From: a virus
Lineage: Duplodnaviria; Caudoviricetes
Reading direction: 5' to 3' (one strand)
DNA length: 52,561 nt
Virus record (IMG/VR): IMGVR_UViG_3300047560_001441
Coordinates: 1 to 52,561 of that record
The translations under genes were made by a program, and so were the position numbers. The notes beneath the pieces were generated by a model. It searched no databases and was not told the DNA's origin. It was given only the letters and a program-made list of their open reading frames with translations. Shown piece after piece: positions 46,423-52,561 of the stretch. Position 1 is the stretch's first letter, and every line of letters begins with the position of its first letter.

Positions 46423-47140
46423 TATACCTGTCTCTGTATTGTTGTCTTACATCCATCAATTGTTTAATGTAGAGATCTCGACGTTCTTCAAAGTATTGAG
46501 GTTCTTCATTATCAACTGAAATAAGAATTACAATTCTATTAATGGGTATATTATATCTTTCTTCAAACATAACAGCATAGGCAGAAGCTTGACAAAAGTA
46601 ATTTGTAATGTATTCTCTGTTCTTATGTTTTCTGGAGGTCTTAAAGTCAATGATTGACAACTTACCCTTCCACTCAGCCACACAATCCACTGTACCCGCC
46701 ATTTGTAGATAATCAGAATATAGTCTGGTTTCTTGAACATACACATTATCAATGTTAGTATCAATTAGAGGTTTGATAGCTTGAAAATTGAGAGTATCAT
46801 TAAAACTATATTTGTCAGTATCAATCTCAGCATTATCAATATAGTTTTCTAGTAGCTGATGTATTCGTGTTCCACGAGTTGCAGCTGTTGAACTAATTCT
46901 ATTAGCCTCTTCTTCACCAACCCGTCTGCGCCATTGTTGAATAGCCTTCTCACTCATTAATCCAGTAACAGTAGTTACTGAAGGATAGGTAGCACCGGTA
47001 GGTGTCTTATAGTACCTACCGGTTTCAGTGTTTACTTGTTCTAGTATTACTTCATTCTCAGGGATCTTTTTGAGATGTGTGAAGTGCTTGCGTTGGGCTA
47101 AAATGTCCTTGAGATGCATTGTGTAATATTCCGGTTTCAA
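46415..47140 (-). CDS. PD-(D/E)xK (Cas4/RecB-like) exonuclease
   Basis: YPSVTTV, W..RVG.EEA..S..A..RGT.IH, E..LYS, AGTVD.V, IIDFKTS, YF.Q..AY. Exact start is uncertain. Confidence 0.88.
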   Translation of the reverse strand: MKPEYYTMHLKDILAQRKHFTHLKKIPENEVILEQVNTETGRYYKTPTGATYPSVTTVTGLMSEKAIQQWRRRVGEEEANRISSTAATRGTRIHQLLENYIDNAEIDTDKYSFNDTLNFQAIKPLIDTNIDNVYVQETRLYSDYLQMAGTVDCVAEWKGKLSIIDFKTSRKHKNREYITNYFCQASAYAVMFEERYNIPINRIVILISVDNEEPQYFEERRDLYIKQLMDVRQQYRDRYNV

Positions 47141-47858
47141 TCATATTCTTTTTAATTATAAAGTCTTTAACAAGCCCGGATCTTACAATATCATTTTCTA
47201 CAAATTCAATGCAAGAGAAATACTTAGGCATCTTAGAAAGGATCTTCATGAACTTATGAATACCTTCTCTTTCATCATCCCATTTTAGATCAGTCTGTCT
47301 ATAATCTCCACAGAAAATAATCTTACTGTTGTGACCAACTCTTGTGATGATTGTATTTAATTCTTGATATGTCATATTTTGACATTCGTCGACAATTATA
47401 ATTGTATTGTCAAGAGTGAGACCTCTTAGGAATGATGATGTCTCAAAATTAATAATGCCTTTTTGTTTTAGTATTTCGTAGGCATCGCCTCTGTTATAAA
47501 GTTCATTACAGATGGCTTGGTAAGGGGCTTCATATACTTTGGATTTTTCTTTTATTGAACCTGGTAGGAAACCCATATCTCGGGAAGGGACTACGGAGCG
47601 AATTATTGTGACACTATTATAATCTCTATACTCTTCTAGTTCTGATAAAGAGAGGTAGAGGGAAATAAAAGATTTACCTGTACCTGGAAGACCATGAATG
47701 AGGAGATTTTTACCGTTGATAAATTCTTTGAATACTTTTTCCTGGTTTAGTGTCTTTGGTGTTATTGTTTTTAGTTCGAGGTTATTCTTTGTTTGTTTTT
47801 GCTCCTGACGCTTTTGTTGTTTAATTAGTCTCTTTTCAGCGCGAGATAGTCTTTCCAT
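47058..47858 (-). CDS. phoH: PhoH-family ATPase
   Basis: GLPGTGKS, RS.VP.RD.GFLPG, F.RG.T, IVDE.QN, TRVG, GD..Q.D, DIVRSGLV. Start placed at ATG 47858 after SD AAGAGG. Confidence 0.95.
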   Translation of the reverse strand: MERLSRAEKRLIKQQKRQEQKQTKNNLELKTITPKTLNQEKVFKEFINGKNLLIHGLPGTGKSFISLYLSLSELEEYRDYNSVTIIRSVVPSRDMGFLPGSIKEKSKVYEAPYQAICNELYNRGDAYEILKQKGIINFETSSFLRGLTLDNTIIIVDECQNMTYQELNTIITRVGHNSKIIFCGDYRQTDLKWDDEREGIHKFMKILSKMPKYFSCIEFVENDIVRSGLVKDFIIKKNMIETGILHNASQGHFSPTQALHTSQKDP

Positions 47859-47868
47859 GCGGTACCTC

Positions 47869-48105
47869 TTACCATGTGTTAATAGTATTTCTCCTCCCAC
47901 TACCTTTCTTAATCTTTTTCAAAACATCACGAAAACCAGAGTCAGGCTTTCTAAGGCCTAACCTGGTTGGGTCAACTATATTAGGGGCAGATAATACTTG
48001 TTGAAGATGTGGATTGTTTTCTACGTAGGCATCGTATTCAGAGATTGGCATAGAGATGTCAAACTCTTTATTTGTCTTTGTATCATAAAAAGTATAGTTA
48101 GCCAT
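47869..48105 (-). CDS. FmdB-like small conserved T4-like protein
   Basis: MANYTF...T..EF...M.ISE...Y...NPHL.Q...KPDSGF.DVLK.IK. Start placed at 48105. Confidence 0.7.
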   Translation of the reverse strand: MANYTFYDTKTNKEFDISMPISEYDAYVENNPHLQQVLSAPNIVDPTRLGLRKPDSGFRDVLKKIKKGSGRRNTINTW

Positions 48106-48295
48106 TCGCCTCGATACCTTTGGACTTCCAGTATGCCTGAACGTCATTTTTATTTAGCGGATCTAATCCCTTAGAAAGCATTTCTTCTTCAACTAAATCT
48201 TCCAAATATGCTTTTTCGTTTAGATTTCTTGGATTATAATGTTCATCAATCATATTAGAAATTATCTGTTTATTACTATCAAGAATCTGCGGCAT
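48098..48295 (-). CDS. Hypothetical protein
   Basis: Co-oriented ORF overlapping its neighbours. Confidence 0.6.
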   Translation of the reverse strand: MPQILDSNKQIISNMIDEHYNPRNLNEKAYLEDLVEEEMLSKGLDPLNKNDVQAYWKSKGIEANG

Positions 48296-48464
48296 TTAAT
48301 TCGTTCCTAACTTTCTGTTGAACTCGTTTAACTGCTTCTGGTTCATGCTCATTAAAAACTACAAGTGTTTCTGTAACACCTTTTTTATGACCAGCCAACC
48401 AATAATAAAATGCTACACCTGCCATAAGCAAGGTGTAAAGTCCTGCGGTAATAAAATTATCCAT
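48279..48464 (-). CDS. Small membrane-anchored hypothetical protein
   Basis: N-terminal hydrophobic helix FITAGLYTLLMAGVAFYYWL. Confidence 0.6.
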   Translation of the reverse strand: MDNFITAGLYTLLMAGVAFYYWLAGHKKGVTETLVVFNEHEPEAVKRVQQKVRNELNAADS

Positions 48465-48658
48465 TAGTCGTCTTCATATGAGAGGAGTCGGTCTAAATTT
48501 TTAGAGCGAAGAGCATTATCATAATTGCGATAATGCTTTTGCATTTTTTCTCGTCTTACTTCTTTAAAACTTACATTTTCTTCTTCAATATAATTATTAT
48601 TAAATGATTTCTTTTTATTTTTGAAATCAGATTTATTAAATTTATTGGAGTTGTTCAT
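48464..48658 (-). CDS. Hypothetical protein
   Basis: Coupled overlaps at both ends. Confidence 0.6.
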   Translation of the reverse strand: MNNSNKFNKSDFKNKKKSFNNNYIEEENVSFKEVRREKMQKHYRNYDNALRSKNLDRLLSYEDD

Positions 48659-49083
48659 CCTGAGAGAAGTCCTGGAAAAGCAGCCATTACTATTTCTTTA
48701 GTTATGCCTTTATAAGGGCACTTTTTATCCTTCATAGCAACAAGAAGTTGTGCGTCATCTGCACTTACTGTTTCTAACATTTGGATAAAAATTTGCTCAC
48801 GTTTAGTTTTTGTAAGGTTGGGATTACCATTTTCCGCCAACAAATAAAATCGTGATACTTCAGAATGAATGGCTTTGGGTTCATCAAACTGATTTGGTTT
48901 ATAAGGTGGTGCTCCCTCTGGGAGAGGAAATTTGACATTGTCGTCAAACATACCTTGTAGAATAGATCTCACAGTATAATTACCGTTTTGTTTTAGAGCT
49001 TCTATTCTTTCTTCTTTCTTTTTAAGTTCATTAATTTTAGCTAATACTTTAGCCACAGAGTTCATTTTAAATTCAAATGACAT
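48655..49083 (-). CDS. Conserved T4-like hypothetical protein (rnh-adjacent)
   Basis: F.LPEG.PPY, KRE..FIQMLE....DA.LL..MKDK...Y.G.T...V..AFP.L. Confidence 0.8.
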   Translation of the reverse strand: MSFEFKMNSVAKVLAKINELKKKEERIEALKQNGNYTVRSILQGMFDDNVKFPLPEGAPPYKPNQFDEPKAIHSEVSRFYLLAENGNPNLTKTKREQIFIQMLETVSADDAQLLVAMKDKKCPYKGITKEIVMAAFPGLLSG

Positions 49084-49928
49084 TAGAAATCACCTACATT
49101 TTCCATCATATGTTTTAGTTTATGTGTTATAAAATAGTTGAACAGTTTACTCTTATCCTTGTTTTGTTCACTGATGTATTTATTAAGAACCTCATCTTTA
49201 ATACTATCCGGAACCATTGATAGATCAACCATATGTTTATTACGCATAAAGTTTCTATCTGTTGCACTGTCTAACAATACAGCTCCATCATTATAGATTT
49301 TGTTTATTTTTTTCTGGGTCAGAGGTTTCTGTCTTTTATCAGTTACAAACGTATCATCATCTGATAAAACATTAGGTACACCATCACCGGCATCACCTTT
49401 AAGAATATGTTCTACAAGGTAACGCTCTGGATTATCATGATTGATCCATTTCTTACGAACCGGATCATATTGTTTTACGTTGGGATAGGTGTGTAATTGA
49501 ACAAAGTCTTTATCTCCAGAAAGGATAAGAATCTTTTCTGGTATATTAGATGTTCTTACTAAAGATGCAATAATATCATCTGCCTCGGCCGAGTCAACTT
49601 GAATGACTGGATAGGGAAAATAATCTTTAATTTCTTGCTTCACCTTATTAAAGATTTCAAAGACATTTGTCCAATCAATCTCAGAAGATTCTCTGTTCTT
49701 TTTACGATTAGCTTTGTAATAAGGAAATACTTGCTTACGCCAATAGTTCTTATCATCACAGGCAATAACCATCTCACCATATTCTTCACCAAACTTTTGT
49801 TTGTAAGAACGTAGTGAATTAATTACCATATGACGAAACAGCCCTTCTTCAATAGGGATATTCGTATGGTTCCCAATCTGCATCATAAGATTGGATATCA
49901 TGACCTGGTTAAAATCAATAAGTATCAT
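49083..49928 (-). CDS. rnh: T4-type RNase H (5'-3' exonuclease)
   Basis: ILIDFNQ, YWRK..FPYYKANRKK, EADDII, ILSGDKDF.QL, GD.GDGVPN.LSDD. Confidence 0.95.
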   Translation of the reverse strand: MILIDFNQVMISNLMMQIGNHTNIPIEEGLFRHMVINSLRSYKQKFGEEYGEMVIACDDKNYWRKQVFPYYKANRKKNRESSEIDWTNVFEIFNKVKQEIKDYFPYPVIQVDSAEADDIIASLVRTSNIPEKILILSGDKDFVQLHTYPNVKQYDPVRKKWINHDNPERYLVEHILKGDAGDGVPNVLSDDDTFVTDKRQKPLTQKKINKIYNDGAVLLDSATDRNFMRNKHMVDLSMVPDSIKDEVLNKYISEQNKDKSKLFNYFITHKLKHMMENVGDF

Positions 49929-49976
49929 TTTATAATTTCCACATTAATCTACATTAATAATTATATAGTATATAGA

Positions 49977-50330
49977 TTATGTGATCAACTGGTTTTCATC
50001 AATAATTCTAGATAATTCTTCTTTGGCACCGGATGTCAATGTGATGGCTGTGTCAGCTAATTCTTGAAACGGATGACTAAGTTTCTTTGTTCTATAAACA
50101 ATAGCTTTAAGAGTTTCCTCTACCATGACGACACATTTAATTGATTCTTCGTCTGGTGGAACCTGCAATCCGTAGGAAGAAAGAACTGAAAAGGCAGCTT
50201 CTAATGCGTCTGCTGCTACCTCGTCACAATAATTACGTCTCACATCTTCAATATGCTCAAAAGATTCCTCAAGATTATTTGGAAAACCTTTTATTGCCTT
50301 ACTGGGGAATTGTATAATATTATCTTCCAT
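49977..50330 (-). CDS. Hypothetical protein
   Basis: NIIQFP N-terminus; coupled to the upstream gene. Confidence 0.7.
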   Translation of the reverse strand: MEDNIIQFPSKAIKGFPNNLEESFEHIEDVRRNYCDEVAADALEAAFSVLSSYGLQVPPDEESIKCVVMVEETLKAIVYRTKKLSHPFQELADTAITLTSGAKEELSRIIDENQLIT

Positions 50331-51439
50331 TACCTTACCACTTTGAGGAGGATGGTATCTTTATTTATCCTCTCCGAAAGCTTGGTAGGTCCAGATGAGA
50401 CATTATCCATCAATTTTCTAAGAACAATTTTACCACCGTTCAAGACCTGTTTGATTGTATCTTCGGTTTTACGACCAATCTTTTTACTTACGGAAGAATC
50501 GCTATCAAACCCATCAATAGCAGTGCGCCGTATATTAAGACCAGCAGGCCCACGAGCCCGAAACACGCTAAGTACTTTAGACTTAGTATTAAAGGTCCAT
50601 AGTTCTTGAGAGCCGATAACCGTTGCGGGGTCACACGATTGTAATTTATACTCATTGCTTTCTTTCTGATATTGAAAATGTTTCAACAATTTCTCTGCAG
50701 TAGGAGCTTTCTTCTTACGAGGAGCACGAGCCTTCTTCACATTACCTGCAAAGCGTTCGCAGTCCTCAATAAGCTTAAGAATATAACCAAGTTTAGTCTT
50801 AAGTTGACCTTTAGTATAATGTTGGTAACCTTCGTTATCAACCTCTAACACATAGACATATTCATCACGAAGTGGCTTATAGAACTCTGCAATCTTATTA
50901 GCATGCATTGCAGGTATCTCATTCTTCTGAAGCCACTCATAGATATTAACTAACTCACCAGAATCAATAATAGCTTCCACATCACCTATGATATCAGATA
51001 CACGTTCACGGACACGATCTTGAATAGAAGGTTTAATCTTAGGTTCAGTAGGCTTTGCTTCTACTTCTTCATTGTGTTTAAGAGCTTCCTGAATATGAAA
51101 ATCAACTCGCTTACGATCAATCTCATCTAATTCCTGCTTACGATTTGAGGCAATGCGACATAACCAAGCAGCTGTTGTAGGCATACGTTTTTCAGGGATA
51201 CGATCAATTGATTTGATCATATCCTTATCAGACTTGAAATAGTCTTTTAGATATTGACGTGCTTCATCTGGTTCTGCCATAACATTATACCAATGCAAAG
51301 CTTTAATCAAATCTACTTTAGTCTCAATGTTCTTTGGTTCATCACCTAAGTACTTCCAATTGACCAAATAATTTTCACTCTTGGTCTTTCGGGCAGCCTT
51401 AGGTTTCTTAGACTTTACATTAAGAAGAGACTTTGCCAT
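50330..51439 (-). CDS. Conserved T4-like hypothetical protein
   Basis: L.WYN, IQDR, E.Y.H, S..P..VIG..ELW.FNTK, K..RK.E, RIN.D.ILL. Confidence 0.8.
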   Translation of the reverse strand: MAKSLLNVKSKKPKAARKTKSENYLVNWKYLGDEPKNIETKVDLIKALHWYNVMAEPDEARQYLKDYFKSDKDMIKSIDRIPEKRMPTTAAWLCRIASNRKQELDEIDRKRVDFHIQEALKHNEEVEAKPTEPKIKPSIQDRVRERVSDIIGDVEAIIDSGELVNIYEWLQKNEIPAMHANKIAEFYKPLRDEYVYVLEVDNEGYQHYTKGQLKTKLGYILKLIEDCERFAGNVKKARAPRKKKAPTAEKLLKHFQYQKESNEYKLQSCDPATVIGSQELWTFNTKSKVLSVFRARGPAGLNIRRTAIDGFDSDSSVSKKIGRKTEDTIKQVLNGGKIVLRKLMDNVSSGPTKLSERINKDTILLKVVR

Positions 51440-51635
51440 TTAATTTTTCCAACATATCTTTAATAGTTGATAGATTGACAGCATTTATATTAGATGAACT
51501 TTTTCTACCAACAAAGTAACCCGATGCGTAATCGTGTTGATTAACCCAATCAGGTGTAGGTTCATTTCTAACAGAATTAATAATATTTAACATATTATCA
51601 ATCTTTTCTATTATAAAAGCAACGTCTTTATTCAT
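51420..51635 (-). CDS. Hypothetical protein
   Basis: AAGGA SD upstream; co-oriented. Confidence 0.6.
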   Translation of the reverse strand: MNKDVAFIIEKIDNMLNIINSVRNEPTPDWVNQHDYASGYFVGRKSSSNINAVNLSTIKDMLEKLNGKVSS

Positions 51636-51646
51636 GACAAATTCCT

Positions 51647-51889
51647 TTAATCACAAGATGTCCATCTGGAACAAGCTGCATAATGCTTATTATCAATGTA
51701 AGTTAAACTAGCTCGTCCATTATAACCCATACGCCAAATATCAGTATATTCATCACACCATTGTTTACATTCCTCAATAGTATCAAATGGACCTACATAG
51801 TAGTCCATGATACCACCAGAAACTTTTTCATTGTATACACCAAAGACCTTACCAGTCTTGGTATCTGTCATATTATATGATAGCTGCAT
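51647..51889 (-). CDS. Hypothetical protein
   Basis: TAATG coupling to the upstream gene. Confidence 0.6.
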   Translation of the reverse strand: MQLSYNMTDTKTGKVFGVYNEKVSGGIMDYYVGPFDTIEECKQWCDEYTDIWRMGYNGRASLTYIDNKHYAACSRWTSCD

Positions 51890-52077
51890 TACTTCACCAT
51901 TACAGTTCGAATAAAACCATCTTTATCCACTGACTGAGACTTTACCTTCCAACCTTCTTCAACAAGAAGGTCGATACGCTTCCTAGAATATGTTCTGCTC
52001 TTACTTGTAACTACATACTGATCAATATAGTTCTGTTGCATTCTGAAATAGTCTTCTGACAGAGCTAACGTAGACAT
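51889..52077 (-). CDS. Hypothetical protein
   Basis: AGGAG SD upstream. Confidence 0.6.
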   Translation of the reverse strand: MSTLALSEDYFRMQQNYIDQYVVTSKSRTYSRKRIDLLVEEGWKVKSQSVDKDGFIRTVMVK

Positions 52078-52078
52078 A

Positions 52079-52366
52079 TCATACTCCTATAATCTTATGA
52101 ATTTCCCAAGTATATGACCAATAAGAACCACCCCAACCGACATGCTCGCCGCGAGCACTATACTGAGGACCAATCTTATTGCCATACTTATAGACCGGCT
52201 GACCAGTCAGGTGCTCTGACCTTTTCACTATATAAAACTTATCAGAGTTCTTGCGAACCCATGAACGATGAAAACGTGAGAGCTTTTCGTCGTACCATTT
52301 ATCATGAGTAGCAAAATGTTCATCTAGATTATTATGAACATCTTTTTCTGTAGGCTTACCAAACAT
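52079..52366 (-). CDS. Hypothetical protein
   Basis: Start placed at ATG 52366 (MFGKPTEK), just after the upstream stop. Confidence 0.55.
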   Translation of the reverse strand: MFGKPTEKDVHNNLDEHFATHDKWYDEKLSRFHRSWVRKNSDKFYIVKRSEHLTGQPVYKYGNKIGPQYSARGEHVGWGGSYWSYTWEIHKIIGV

Positions 52367-52367
52367 A

Positions 52368-52561
52368 TTAGCGGCTCCGCTTCTCATCCATCATTTCTGA
52401 AAGAATAAACTTAGCAATGTTCATATACTTACGGGCACGTTCTTGATCACCATGCTCCATCACATGCTGAGCATCTGAAAGAATTGACATCACTGTCATC
52501 TCAATTCCAGAAAGCTGAGTTGTAATTGAATTAATATATTGGTCATAGATGCTTTGTTGAT
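52368..52561 (-). CDS. Hypothetical protein, start lies beyond the window
   Basis: Open frame ...QSIYDQYINSITTQLSGIEMTVMSILSDAQHVMEHGDQERARKYMNIAKFILSEMMDEKRSR*. Confidence 0.6.
   Translation of the reverse strand, partial: QQSIYDQYINSITTQLSGIEMTVMSILSDAQHVMEHGDQERARKYMNIAKFILSEMMDEKRSR

Noticed and set aside
46076-46519. 147-aa plus-strand ORF
   Set aside because: It is the antisense shadow of the tmRNA, the basic peptide and the nuclease end, with a TTG start and no recognisable motifs.
3033-52311. Short nested or antisense ORFs in the track (e.g. 3033..3224, 9159..9383, 20890..21231, 31025..31321, 41631..41990, 43971..44243, 50253..50609)
   Set aside because: They overlap well-supported genes and are expected shadows of biased codon usage.
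1-52561. Alternative genetic code (stop-codon reassignment)
   Set aside because: Conserved genes are full length under the standard code, and TAA, TGA and TAG all end plausible genes. The observed splits involve frame changes, not in-frame stops.

Overview
This window is an AT-rich, densely coding segment of a large T4-like myovirus genome (Tevenvirinae-related in the broad sense). From left to right it holds: (1) 1-18.8 kb, a cluster of modular tail-fibre/appendage genes with long proline-poor Gly-X-Y (GYTGSx) collagen-like runs, interrupted by a 911-aa three-domain glycosyltransferase on the opposite strand; (2) 18.8-38.5 kb, baseplate genes, namely a DUF4815/VrlC-like protein split over three ORFs (the middle one ending in a Hint domain), gp8, gp7, gp6, gp25, a gp5 spike region split into lysozyme, amidase-like and M15-peptidase genes, a gp27-like hub, gp53 and gp48; (3) 38.6-43.6 kb, gp4, gp2, a gp19/54-like gene, gp26, an unannotated gp51 and a tape-measure-like gene; (4) 43.6-52.6 kb, gp32, gp59, gp33, a GIY-YIG endonuclease, a circularly permuted two-piece tmRNA of alphaproteobacterial type (tag AANDNAPFESRLAA), a PD-(D/E)xK nuclease, phoH, rnh and small ORFs. 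The tmRNA suggests an alphaproteobacterial host. The strongest leads are a candidate collagen-fibre glycosylation system, a -1 slippery site joining gp26 to gp51 (lambda G/GT-like), the tmRNA locus with an adjacent basic peptide, and the Hint-terminated baseplate protein. All family assignments come from motif recognition by eye; no searches were run.
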